IMG/VR virus record: IMGVR_UViG_3300032214_000715
Location: 1-64,000 of that record
Reading direction: 5' to 3' (one strand)
Length of the DNA: 64,000 nucleotides
Shown: positions 20,451-29,652 of the stretch, in pieces
Numbering within the stretch: the stretch's first letter is position 1
How the letters are laid out: each line of letters begins with the position of its first letter
Notes under the pieces: generated by a model
What the model was told of the DNA's origin: nothing
The model's database searches: none
Seen by the model: the letters and a program-made list of their open reading frames with translations, nothing else
Translations under genes and position numbers: made by a program

Positions 20451-21914
20451 ATGAGAGCAGATCAGTTTATATTATTAGAGTATGATGCCAAGAAAACGAT
20501 ACAGGCACTGGGCAATAAATTATTAATTGCTCTGGCTAAAACTCACCCATTTTTTATACCTGATCATCTATATGGCGCAAGTGTATTAGCAGCAACGGCA
20601 TTTTTTCCAGCAAAATATGATCAGGGTCGTGATATTGTGATGGATATTGTTGGTAAAATGGCGGCATTTAGTTCATTAAATGCTCCCGAAGTACTTGAAA
20701 AATTCAAAGAGCCAATATTAATCGCATTGTTGAAAGAGATAGAAGAAAAAGATCCAACCGCACACAAAGAATATACTCCGTGGTTAGCCCGGGTATGGGC
20801 CGCGGCTGGTCAGCCGAACTCTACTGAGGGAAGTCTTAAACTTGAAGATTTAAATCGTGGTAATGTCTTGGGCGCTTTTGATATAGGTAAGCGTAAAAGA
20901 AAGATTAAACCAGAACACAGTGATATTGGTAGATATCGCAGTTACGCGGAGTTTGAAAACACAATTAAATCAAATTACAATATATATAATTTACTGGGCG
21001 TGGAAGACCCAGATGAAGATCCAGGTAATTATGAGGTTGTTTATAATGACGGCAGTATTGTGCGTGTAATTGTTCCGCTAGATAAACAAGCTGCTTGTTA
21101 TTGGGGGAAAAATACTGAGTGGTGTACTGCTACTCGCACTGGAAAAAATTATTATGACTACTATAGTAGTCGTGGCAAACTATACATAATACTACCATAT
21201 AACCCAAAATATCCCGAAGAAAAATATCAATTACATTTTGAAACTGAACAATTCAAAGATGAAAATGATGATGATGTAGATTTGTCAGCAATACTACGCA
21301 AGTATCCTGGATTAGAAGAATTCTTTGTCAGACAAATCCCCCAATTAAAAAAATACATGGCGTTTATTAAAGATGACACACTGACTGAAATTATAAAAGT
21401 AATACTACCAGTGGCACTTGATACGGCATGGGAGATTGTAAATGAGTGGGAATCAAATGATGAGTACTGGTATTCATGGCGAGCAGAACAAGCAATTGAA
21501 TTGGGATATGTCACTGATGATGGAGATATAGATTGGGATCGTGTAAATGAAGATGATCGTCTAAATGATTATACTAGATATAGTGATGAAGCTCGTAGAT
21601 TTATTAATGATGTAAAAAGTATCGGCAACTTAACTGGTAAAACAATTAAAAAATTAACCACCGAGTATGTAGAAAGCGGGCATGCTGAAGAATCTATGCC
21701 AACGATAAGTTTATTACCATATATATTAATCTATTACGTAAATGGATTCAAGAATGGTGATAATGGTGATTCTTTACGCTCAGTGTTTTTTAAGTTTTCT
21801 TTCTATGAGTCTGATTACTATAATACTGTCAGTGTTAATCGTGAATTAAAAAAATATATTCAAAAAATAGGCGAAGTTGATGATATTTCCATTATGGCAA
21901 GAACCAACATATAA
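20451..21914 (+). CDS. WCT-domain family protein 5 (closest to 11420)
   Basis: MRADQFILLEY; LEDLNR, KIKPEH.DI, WCTA, EKYQLHF. Confidence 0.75.
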   Translation: MRADQFILLEYDAKKTIQALGNKLLIALAKTHPFFIPDHLYGASVLAATAFFPAKYDQGRDIVMDIVGKMAAFSSLNAPEVLEKFKEPILIALLKEIEEKDPTAHKEYTPWLARVWAAAGQPNSTEGSLKLEDLNRGNVLGAFDIGKRKRKIKPEHSDIGRYRSYAEFENTIKSNYNIYNLLGVEDPDEDPGNYEVVYNDGSIVRVIVPLDKQAACYWGKNTEWCTATRTGKNYYDYYSSRGKLYIILPYNPKYPEEKYQLHFETEQFKDENDDDVDLSAILRKYPGLEEFFVRQIPQLKKYMAFIKDDTLTEIIKVILPVALDTAWEIVNEWESNDEYWYSWRAEQAIELGYVTDDGDIDWDRVNEDDRLNDYTRYSDEARRFINDVKSIGNLTGKTIKKLTTEYVESGHAEESMPTISLLPYILIYYVNGFKNGDNGDSLRSVFFKFSFYESDYYNTVSVNRELKKYIQKIGEVDDISIMARTNI

Positions 21915-21928
21915 CGATAAATATTACT

Positions 21929-22360
21929 ATGAAAATACTACTATCACTATTACTAGCAATATCTGTTTTATCAGCAACTGCCGCAGAAAAATCCGGCGTG
22001 GCATATAACTATAAAGTCACTAGAGTCGTTGATGGTGACACCGTTGGATTTGAAGCATCGTTTTTACCTGTCCCTCTCAAAAAAGAGTTAAGCGTCAGAG
22101 TGTATGGTGTTGATACTCCAGAAAAGGGACATCGTGCTAAGTGTGACGCAGAAAACAAGCGTGGATTAGAAGCAACTGCGTTTACTAAAAAAATGATAAC
22201 CTCGGCCAAAAGAACACAGATTGTTATCATTGATTGGGACAAATACGGTGGGCGTGTATTGGGCGATGTTCTAATAGATGGAATCAGTTTGCGTTCTATG
22301 TTGATTAGCAGCGGATATGCTAGACCGTATTTTGGCGAAGCAAAACAAAGCTGGTGTTAA
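21929..22360 (+). CDS. Secreted thermonuclease (SNase-like)
   Basis: Signal peptide; VVDGDT, RVYGVDTPE, DKYGGRVL; late promoter 21917-21923. Confidence 0.9.
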   Translation: MKILLSLLLAISVLSATAAEKSGVAYNYKVTRVVDGDTVGFEASFLPVPLKKELSVRVYGVDTPEKGHRAKCDAENKRGLEATAFTKKMITSAKRTQIVIIDWDKYGGRVLGDVLIDGISLRSMLISSGYARPYFGEAKQSWC

Positions 22361-22380
22361 TATACTAGGAAAAATATATC

Positions 22381-22890
22381 ATGAAGAAAAAATTAGATGA
22401 GAATAAAATTGTTGGTAGTTTTTTTGGAATACCAGTTTCAAAAAAACAACTGAATGAATTTGCTAATCTATCTAAGTCAGCGATCACAGATGACGATGTT
22501 GTTATTGACAGACCGGATCAAGTCACCGATGTAAGTTCAGCCAGAAATGAACTACTAAGAATAATGAAGTTGGCTGGGCAAGGCGGTTCTCAAAATAAAC
22601 CCGCTGGTTGGAATCTAGTATTATACAACGATGATATTACTCCGGGAGAAGCAGTTATTGACGGGCTTAAAAGTGTCATGAACATGAGTGGGGCTGCGAT
22701 ATCAAGAGTTATACATGACTGTACTCTTAAGGGTCACGCAGTTCTTGGAACATATGCAATAGAAGACAAAGCACTCAGATTAAGAGATTCACTGAAACAA
22801 GCAATAGACAGTAATCGTGAACATGTCGGTGGAAATAATACTAACGGGCCCTGGGATGTAAAGATAGAAGTGCTTAAAGCAGGCGACTAA
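22381..22890 (+). CDS. ClpS-like domain protein with N-terminal extension
   Basis: LVLYNDDITPGEAVI..L...H..G.AV matches ClpS core. Confidence 0.6.
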   Translation: MKKKLDENKIVGSFFGIPVSKKQLNEFANLSKSAITDDDVVIDRPDQVTDVSSARNELLRIMKLAGQGGSQNKPAGWNLVLYNDDITPGEAVIDGLKSVMNMSGAAISRVIHDCTLKGHAVLGTYAIEDKALRLRDSLKQAIDSNREHVGGNNTNGPWDVKIEVLKAGD

Positions 22891-22891
22891 T

Positions 22892-23356
22892 GTGAAAATT
22901 TTTGATATTCTCAATGAGATAGCCAATAATCCTTATCCAGTTGAGTTGGCAAAAGATACTGGTGACACTATCAATTACAAATTTGTCACTGACAGTGGTG
23001 TAGATTATTGGGTTAGTTTTAGAACAGAAAAAAATAAAGATAAGCGTGGTGCTTGGTTGGTGGTAACAGCGGGCAAACCAACAGGGCTAAAAGACAAAAA
23101 CTATAAAAACAAAACAGGAATTACTGGTACTGGCGATCAATTTCGTGTATTCGCATCTATAGGAAATGCCATCAATCAATATGTTAATTCCTCTCATCAA
23201 CCAGACTTTATTACATTTACAGCAAGAGAAGAATCACGCGTCAAATTGTACAATTTGATTACTAGAAATATCAGTGATTATGTCAGTGGATGGACTCGCG
23301 GAAAAGTAATAAGAACTCCCAAATACACTTTATACACTGTAGTAAAGCAAAAATAG
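22892..23356 (+). CDS. Hypothetical internal-head-like protein (GTG start)
   Basis: MKIFDILNE N-terminus. Confidence 0.6.
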   Translation: MKIFDILNEIANNPYPVELAKDTGDTINYKFVTDSGVDYWVSFRTEKNKDKRGAWLVVTAGKPTGLKDKNYKNKTGITGTGDQFRVFASIGNAINQYVNSSHQPDFITFTAREESRVKLYNLITRNISDYVSGWTRGKVIRTPKYTLYTVVKQK

Positions 23357-23476
23357 ATAAATACTAATAGCACACTACCTTGGGACTTTTTAGTCACGGT
23401 GTGTTCAGAGCGGCTGCTGCTATTTCTACTCTTATCGCCATTCGTGTAGAATAAAGTGAGCACTAATTTATGTATT

Positions 23477-24112
23477 ATGCTGTCAAAAGAAATTATAAAT
23501 GAGATGGATAGAAGAAATTTTCTAGGGGCAACTTTAGGAACAGTCGCCGGTGTCGGACAAGCACAGGCAGCACCCTATGTGAATTTTGATAATATGACTA
23601 CTCAACAGCATAACTTTTATAGAGAAAAAATCTCTGATCTTCAATGGAGAGCATCAAGAATATTAGGAAATCTTAAAGAGACATTAGCCTCCAAAAATGC
23701 AGCAGCCTATAAAAAAATAGAAAATAAAAAAGTGACGGTGTTTTACTATAAGTGGCTAGCAGGCGTTACAGAAAAGGGTTTAGAACTGGACGTTACTGTT
23801 TTTTGGGATTTGCCAGACGATAGTATTGCTTGTACACTCGGGCATGAATTGGCACACATTGTGCTAGGGCACAATTCAAATGTAAATAATAAGCAGGAAG
23901 AACACGCCGCCGATTTATGGGGAGCAAAATTGGCGCAACAAGCAGGATACTCAGTAGAAGAGGCATTACGAGGTGTTTATGAGGCCGGGGGACAGTATGG
24001 CAAGGGAAGCGCTAGTCATCCGAGTTATACTGAAAGAGTATTACATCTTAGAAAAAATGGATATCCATTAAAAATCAATGGAACATTTCATCCAGAAACA
24101 ATAAAAAAATAA
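23477..24112 (+). CDS. M48-family zinc metallopeptidase with Tat-like signal
   Basis: HELAH, E..AD..G, SHP..R motifs; IINE then MDRRNFLG...AQAA. Confidence 0.78.
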   Translation: MLSKEIINEMDRRNFLGATLGTVAGVGQAQAAPYVNFDNMTTQQHNFYREKISDLQWRASRILGNLKETLASKNAAAYKKIENKKVTVFYYKWLAGVTEKGLELDVTVFWDLPDDSIACTLGHELAHIVLGHNSNVNNKQEEHAADLWGAKLAQQAGYSVEEALRGVYEAGGQYGKGSASHPSYTERVLHLRKNGYPLKINGTFHPETIKK

Positions 24113-24144
24113 CGAACATAAAGTGAGTACTAATATCAAGTATT

Positions 24145-25509
24145 ATGCGTGTAAATGAAATAGAACGATATCCGGCCGATTCTGATAACAACGATATACA
24201 AGCTAATCGTGAGTCTATGGTATCCGAAGCAGAAACTAGAACCAAAGCCGCAGATATAAAATCAAATCGTGTTCATCTAATCGTGTTTGATATAGATGAC
24301 ACCTTATTTCATACCACGGCAAAGATCAATGTTATAAAGCCAGACGGTACTAAACTTAGTTTAACTAATCAACAATACAACAACTACGTTTCTGAACCCG
24401 GTGATAAATTTGACTTTGAAGAGTTTAAGGACGCGGAAAAGTTTAGTCGCGAAAGTGATCCTATCCGTCCAATGATAGCAAAGCTAAAAGCAATACTAAA
24501 CAACTCACGAACTAGCAAAATCATTATGCTTACCGCACGTAGTGATTTTGACGATAGAGATAAATTTCTAGAAACGTTTGCCAGATACGGCATAGATATG
24601 AGTCGCGTACACGTACATCGTGCTGGTAACTTGAATCACCCAAATAGTCCAGCAGAAAAAAAGGCAGTGTTTATTAGAAACTATCTGAATACTAATAAGT
24701 ATGATCGCGTTACAATGTACGATGATAGTATGAAGAATCTACGTGTATTCTCTGAATTAAAGAGTGAGTATCCGAACGTACAATTTTCTCCCTACTTCGT
24801 AGATCATCACGGAAGAATTAAGTTAATTCGTGAGTCTATGGTATCCGAAGCAGAAACTAGAACCAAAGCCGCAAAAGAAATCAACAAGACTTTCAAAGAA
24901 AGTGGCTACAAAAAATTAGGTAGTGGCGCAGAAGCAACTGTATGGGCAAAAGATGAGCATAGCGTTATAAAAATAATTATGCCAGAAGATCGCTCAAGTA
25001 TGGATTCTGCTGTGCGTACATTTAAGAAGTTCTATGAATTTTGTATTAAAAATGCGGAGCAGTCAAATTTGCCACGATTCGTACAAGTTACCAAAAACGG
25101 ACACGTGGAAACATTTACTGCTGCCAATCGTGAATTTACTATGATCGGCATGGAACGTCTAAAGCCTCTAAAAGAGGGTAGCTTCAGTCAAGCGCTAATA
25201 TGGATGATGAGCGATCTTGTCACTCACGGAAAAAGATGGAACGAAGCACACAAATTAATGACTAAGCCATCAACATGGAAACACTGGGACGGTCCACCAA
25301 CCGTAAAAGAGTTAGTAGCTAAAATAAAAAATCTTGATGATCTAACTTATGCCAAGTTTGATGTGCTATATACTCTAATGCTGCTATTGTACAAGCGAGG
25401 CAAGCTAGACAAAGTTGGTTGGGATTTACACACAGAGAATGTCATGCAGCGTTCTGACGGAACACTGGTTATAGTTGATCCATGGTTTGCCAGTGAGATG
25501 AAAGATTAA
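24145..25509 (+). CDS. HAD phosphatase / protein kinase fusion
   Basis: FDIDDTL, LTAR, YDD (HAD); LGSGAE, VIK, DLHTEN, IVDPW (kinase). Confidence 0.8.
   Translation: MRVNEIERYPADSDNNDIQANRESMVSEAETRTKAADIKSNRVHLIVFDIDDTLFHTTAKINVIKPDGTKLSLTNQQYNNYVSEPGDKFDFEEFKDAEKFSRESDPIRPMIAKLKAILNNSRTSKIIMLTARSDFDDRDKFLETFARYGIDMSRVHVHRAGNLNHPNSPAEKKAVFIRNYLNTNKYDRVTMYDDSMKNLRVFSELKSEYPNVQFSPYFVDHHGRIKLIRESMVSEAETRTKAAKEINKTFKESGYKKLGSGAEATVWAKDEHSVIKIIMPEDRSSMDSAVRTFKKFYEFCIKNAEQSNLPRFVQVTKNGHVETFTAANREFTMIGMERLKPLKEGSFSQALIWMMSDLVTHGKRWNEAHKLMTKPSTWKHWDGPPTVKELVAKIKNLDDLTYAKFDVLYTLMLLLYKRGKLDKVGWDLHTENVMQRSDGTLVIVDPWFASEMKD
24207..24873 (+). repeat. 46-bp perfect direct repeat flanking the HAD domain
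   Basis: TCGTGAGTCTATGGTATCCGAAGCAGAAACTAGAACCAAAGCCGCA at 24207-24252 and 24828-24873. Confidence 0.92.
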
Positions 25510-25835
25510 CTCTTTGGCACAAAACTGCTGCCACACCCGCAACTAGTTTCTGCGTTTGGATTATCAACGACGAATTTCTTTTCCCACAATTCATCTACAT
25601 AATCAACTTTGGCGCCCTCTAAGTACTGAGCACTTATGGGATCAATTACCACTCTAGCAGAGTCAGCATTCAATAGAAAATCATCTTCACTGAAATCTTC
25701 GTCCAACACGAATTGATAACTTAAACCAGCACATCCTCCACCACGCACTGCTATGCGTATGCGAGTATCGTTGTTGTTGGTTTCTAACAATACATCAGTT
25801 ATCTTTGCTCGGGCACTGTCTGTAAAATTTATCAT
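25506..25835 (-). CDS. iscA: A-type Fe-S carrier (IscA/ErpA/HesB family)
   Basis: GGGCAG and CGCGSSF motifs. Confidence 0.9.
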   Translation of the reverse strand: MINFTDSARAKITDVLLETNNNDTRIRIAVRGGGCAGLSYQFVLDEDFSEDDFLLNADSARVVIDPISAQYLEGAKVDYVDELWEKKFVVDNPNAETSCGCGSSFVPKS

Positions 25836-26392
25836 TTGTATCCCTGACCCCATCTTGTGTTCAGTACATTCCAATCCATTATTCGCCAGATGTTGTCAAG
25901 ATATCGTTGCTTATTAGAACCATAATCATGTTGATAGGCATGCTCCCATAAATCTATCAGAATTAGAATGTCATTTCTAACTTGATGATTATTTATGATT
26001 TTAATAGAACCATCACGTGATAGATATATCCATCCGCTACCGTGTAGCTTCATTGCTTCTGTTTCTATAGCATCTTTGAACCCATCAAAACTTTTGAATT
26101 TAGTTTTTATCAGATTTCCAATTGGACCGTTGGGCACATTATTCATTCTAGCTGGTCTAAATTGCTGAAAATACACATTGTGTAACCAGGCACCAGCATA
26201 GTTGAATACGGAATCGCCCTGTCTGTTATTGAAGCGATCAGCATAGCCATGAGCAAGTTTCTCGTAGTGTAGCTTCATCAATGATGAAGATAACACCGGA
26301 GCAAATTGACTGATGCTATGTGCCAACTTAACAATCTCAACTTTGTCTTGAGAGTTAAGTTTTGATTCAACTAAATCTATAATATCACGCAT
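25832..26392 (-). CDS. sod: Fe/Mn superoxide dismutase
   Basis: LHY, LHN, DLWEHAY ligands; GSGW; start moved to MRDIIDLVE, late promoter 26398-26404. Confidence 0.88.
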   Translation of the reverse strand: MRDIIDLVESKLNSQDKVEIVKLAHSISQFAPVLSSSLMKLHYEKLAHGYADRFNNRQGDSVFNYAGAWLHNVYFQQFRPARMNNVPNGPIGNLIKTKFKSFDGFKDAIETEAMKLHGSGWIYLSRDGSIKIINNHQVRNDILILIDLWEHAYQHDYGSNKQRYLDNIWRIMDWNVLNTRWGQGYK

Positions 26393-26420
26393 AAATGTAT
26401 TTATCATGCGTGATCACGAA

Positions 26421-26639
26421 TCACAGTCGTTTCACAATTCGTCCCTTGCTCAAATCGTAGGGTGAAAATTCTAGTTCTACTGCGTCTCCGAGTAGAATTC
26501 TAATTTCATGCTGTCTCATACGCCCGCTAATATGCCCAATAACTATTTGATTATTGTTTCCTAGCTTAACGCGAAACATTGCGTTAGGTAGTACATCTGT
26601 TACTGTACCTTCAAGTTTGATTACATCTGTTTTTGCCAT
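26421..26639 (-). CDS. infA: Translation initiation factor IF-1
   Basis: [26 protein letters not shown]...[10 protein letters not shown]. Confidence 0.95.
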   Translation of the reverse strand: MAKTDVIKLEGTVTDVLPNAMFRVKLGNNNQIVIGHISGRMRQHEIRILLGDAVELEFSPYDLSKGRIVKRL

Positions 26640-26641
26640 AA

Positions 26642-27016
26642 TTAATTCCGTCGCATAGTTGCGATTTCCAATGCCTCCTGATCCGAAAAAATTGGAACTG
26701 CGTTACTCTTGTGCATGGTTCCAATGCCAACGAGTTTTGTGCCCGTATACTGTTGTGTGATTTTTGACGATACTGCCCCGACAGTCCAAGAATTAAGACT
26801 CGTGGGACGTTCTGTAGTACGAATTGATGATTTTGCCACAGTGGGTAGTTCCACCACTGTAGATGATTGCTTAGACTTATCAGTTACACCCCACTTGGAC
26901 TTGAGAGATTCCCAGTCACGCTGTAGTTGTTCGTGATTGCGCTTAGCCTCAGCACTTGCGAATTTTACTTTGCGCTTGGTTCTGCCAGTGGTCGTAAGAC
27001 CTCGTACTAGACTCAT
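26642..27016 (-). CDS. Hypothetical phage protein
   Basis: [19 protein letters not shown] tail; early promoter upstream. Confidence 0.65.
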   Translation of the reverse strand: MSLVRGLTTTGRTKRKVKFASAEAKRNHEQLQRDWESLKSKWGVTDKSKQSSTVVELPTVAKSSIRTTERPTSLNSWTVGAVSSKITQQYTGTKLVGIGTMHKSNAVPIFSDQEALEIATMRRN

Positions 27017-27047
27017 AGAGTTGACACCGTTTTGCTACGATTTATAC

Positions 27048-27076
27048 AGTATAATACAAAGATCATTATTTGTCAA
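27048..27076 (-). promoter_or_regulatory. Sigma70-type early promoter
   Basis: TTGACA-17-TATACT. Confidence 0.8.
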
Positions 27077-27465
27077 GTTTTGAGTATGTTGTAGATTTTT
27101 TCTTTTTCAATAATTTCAGCCTCTAGTTCCATATACATTTTACGCAATCCACGAAGATTTTCCCATTTTTCTTCTAGTTCTTTGTTCGGGTGTAGTATCG
27201 CTAGACGATCTTCTATTTTTTTCAAAGACTCTGCGATATCTTTTCCGCCCACTTTGAGACTTCCTGATATTTCAGCATTACCGCTAACTGAAAGCTCAGA
27301 ATGATTGGGGCTAGTAAAAGTATCCCATGTATTATTGGTCACATAGACACGATTGGAATAAATTCCTGTATTCACACTGTGATTGTAATAATCCGCGGGT
27401 GAGCCAGTAGTTGTAGTTCCTAAAGTTATAGTGTCAGTGTAATTGGTTGACATATTATCGTTCAT
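27073..27465 (-). CDS. Hypothetical protein
   Basis: Thr-rich N-terminus, coiled C-terminus. Confidence 0.6.
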   Translation of the reverse strand: MNDNMSTNYTDTITLGTTTTGSPADYYNHSVNTGIYSNRVYVTNNTWDTFTSPNHSELSVSGNAEISGSLKVGGKDIAESLKKIEDRLAILHPNKELEEKWENLRGLRKMYMELEAEIIEKEKIYNILKT

Positions 27466-27648
27466 TTATGAATTCGTTTTTGAAAGATACCAGGCCCCGT
27501 TTTCTCCTGGTTGCCAATCTAGAGTGTCGCCCTCTTTCCAGTTCAGCTTTTCAAGTAACTCTGGTGGAAGAGGTAGAATAACGTCTCCAGTCTCAGTGTC
27601 TTCCTGAGCAGTTACTTCATAGGTAATTTTTTCGTTGTGTGTAGTCAT
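27466..27648 (-). CDS. AbrB/MazE-like DNA-binding protein
   Basis: LPLPPELLEKLNWKEGDTL swapped-hairpin signature. Confidence 0.7.
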   Translation of the reverse strand: MTTHNEKITYEVTAQEDTETGDVILPLPPELLEKLNWKEGDTLDWQPGENGAWYLSKTNS

Positions 27649-27938
27649 TTTTTCGTTGATTTTTGTCGCATTTGTTTTTCAAGCAAATTGAGTTCTCGTT
27701 CACGAATAGCAAGCTCGGCTTGTTTTGTCTTTATTCCCTCGGCATATGCTAATCCTAATAGTCGTCCAAGTTCAAACAAGTTATCGTAATTACTACTTCT
27801 GACCGAATTGCCCGAATTTGCTGAATACACCGATCTAGAAGATTCTCGCACAGTTCTTTGGATTCTACACGTGTTACAGTGAATTTGTCCTCCAGCCGGC
27901 ATTTCGGAATTACAACTAGAGCATCTATATTTGTACAT
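27645..27938 (-). CDS. Hypothetical protein with CxxC pairs
   Basis: CSSC and CNTC; promoter upstream. Confidence 0.55.
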   Translation of the reverse strand: MYKYRCSSCNSEMPAGGQIHCNTCRIQRTVRESSRSVYSANSGNSVRSSNYDNLFELGRLLGLAYAEGIKTKQAELAIRERELNLLEKQMRQKSTKK

Positions 27939-27968
27939 AATTAATATAAAATTGTTACTATAATCTAT

Positions 27969-27997
27969 AGTATATTATATAAAAAACTAAATGTCAA
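27969..27997 (-). promoter_or_regulatory. Sigma70-type early promoter
   Basis: TTGACA-17-TATACT. Confidence 0.75.
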
Positions 27998-27999
27998 GT

Positions 28000-29553
28000 T
28001 TATCGGCGTTCTCTTCCAGCGCCCCCACGAGCACGAGCACCCTTGGTGACTTCAAGTTCCTCTCCTGGTGCTCTAATATCTGGCTCTACATCGTTAGAGT
28101 TTGGTACTTCATCCGTATCATCTTCTGGAGCGACTTTAGCATTTCCGCGTAAAATCTTGAATGTAAAGTTTCCTTTTATTCCCTTGCTAGCGTAGTTTTT
28201 TTGAGCACTTAAAACAACTCCGCTAATACTGGTACCAGGATAAACAGTATCAAATCTTTCAAGAATCCACTTTCCATTTTTTTCTTTTGCTTTAGTGTAC
28301 ACTTGAACCAGCGCACCGTTATTTAGAATGTCGGACGCGGCGTCACTGAAATTTGTCTTTTCGTTAACTTGATCTGCTGCTTTATGAGCTACCGCAGCAA
28401 TCAAGTGATAAAACATACTAGTACTTTCAGGTGTTTTTGTTCCGCGACTCTGCGCCAGTGTTATAAGAGATGCGGTTAATCCAGCTTTCTTCAGTTGTTC
28501 TTTGCTATTAATATCAACCGGGCCTGAATTTTTTAGTCCTCGTATGATATCAGCCTCTTCTTTTGTAATGACGTCAAATTTAACACCAAGATAAAGAGGG
28601 GCATTACTCTGACCCTGCTTTTGAAGCTCCTTGATCATTTCAATTACGTCTTTGTACTTGCTAAGTAGTTTTTTACCACGATCAGTTTCTGCCAATTCGT
28701 TAACACTATCAACCAGATTCTTGGCACTGGCCTCAGCGCCCTTGTCGCCTTTACTACTGACCTTGACGTACTTACCATCAGCGGTATCTAGAATACTATC
28801 ACTTAGACCGGCATTTTTTGCCGCATCAAAATTTATTCTAGTTGATGCGAATCCAGCGCCACCAAGAAAAATTTCCGCCGCTTCCCCGGCATTGCCTTCG
28901 TATAGACCCTTGTGTAGTGCTATTGGTTGTAGTATCTCACAAAAGTAATCACGAAACGCAGTAAAACTTTGACCTTCAGGAGCATCAAATTCAAACGGAA
29001 GCGGTTGACCAAGAGCAACATGATGCGCAGCATGATATAGCGGGCTATCAGTTCCTAACTTTTTGGCAAGTTGATTCATTATCTCAGAAATAGATAGACC
29101 ATCTCTTTTTTCTAACAAATCCTGCGGAGTCAACCCAGCCTGGGTTTTTGCGGCTGCTTTCCCGGCAAATTGATATCGTCCTAACACTGTGTTGGATATA
29201 TAATTTTCTGATGAGATTGGTTTAATTTCTTGTAGATAGGTTCCAACTGCCAACTGAGTGCCGTCGTCTTTACTGAACGTGGCAATACCAAAACCACCAG
29301 ATTTTGGTCCACGCTTATTTTCCCACTGTACTGGAATCTCTAGTTCAGCTTCAATTTTTGTCACAGCATTGAGTAAATCTTCTGGTGAAAATTTACCGCC
29401 CTCTTGTGGATAAAACTGTAGATCATTAAATATCAGAGTTTCGTTCGTTTGCGCATCAGTAAACACAGCGCCAGACTTGCGTCCAGCAAGCCCTGTGCTT
29501 TCAGTAAGCATATTTACTTTGTTAAGTATATTTCGTATTGCTATTGGATCCAA
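28000..29553 (-). CDS. Late hypothetical, probable virion protein (TTG start)
   Basis: Late promoter 29575-29581, GAGG SD, NMLTES cleavage-like motif. Confidence 0.65.
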   Translation of the reverse strand: MDPIAIRNILNKVNMLTESTGLAGRKSGAVFTDAQTNETLIFNDLQFYPQEGGKFSPEDLLNAVTKIEAELEIPVQWENKRGPKSGGFGIATFSKDDGTQLAVGTYLQEIKPISSENYISNTVLGRYQFAGKAAAKTQAGLTPQDLLEKRDGLSISEIMNQLAKKLGTDSPLYHAAHHVALGQPLPFEFDAPEGQSFTAFRDYFCEILQPIALHKGLYEGNAGEAAEIFLGGAGFASTRINFDAAKNAGLSDSILDTADGKYVKVSSKGDKGAEASAKNLVDSVNELAETDRGKKLLSKYKDVIEMIKELQKQGQSNAPLYLGVKFDVITKEEADIIRGLKNSGPVDINSKEQLKKAGLTASLITLAQSRGTKTPESTSMFYHLIAAVAHKAADQVNEKTNFSDAASDILNNGALVQVYTKAKEKNGKWILERFDTVYPGTSISGVVLSAQKNYASKGIKGNFTFKILRGNAKVAPEDDTDEVPNSNDVEPDIRAPGEELEVTKGARARGGAGRERR

Positions 29554-29582
29554 GATAGTTACCTCTGTATCTAATATTTATC

Positions 29583-29652
29583 ATAAATAAAGTGTAGTTC
29601 GCGAATGTTGGAATTCCAACTACTCTATAACTGATAGGAGTCACAGCAAATG
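29583..29652 (+). promoter_or_regulatory. Late promoter plus structured leader of GIY-YIG gene (copy 1)
   Basis: ATAAATA; GTAGTT/AACTAC stem; GAAT/ATTC inner stem; GGAG; CAGCAAATG. Confidence 0.7.

Noticed and set aside
11420-21914. Diversity-generating retroelement acting on the WCT paralogs
   Set aside because: No reverse transcriptase and no near-identical TR/VR pair differing at adenines was seen
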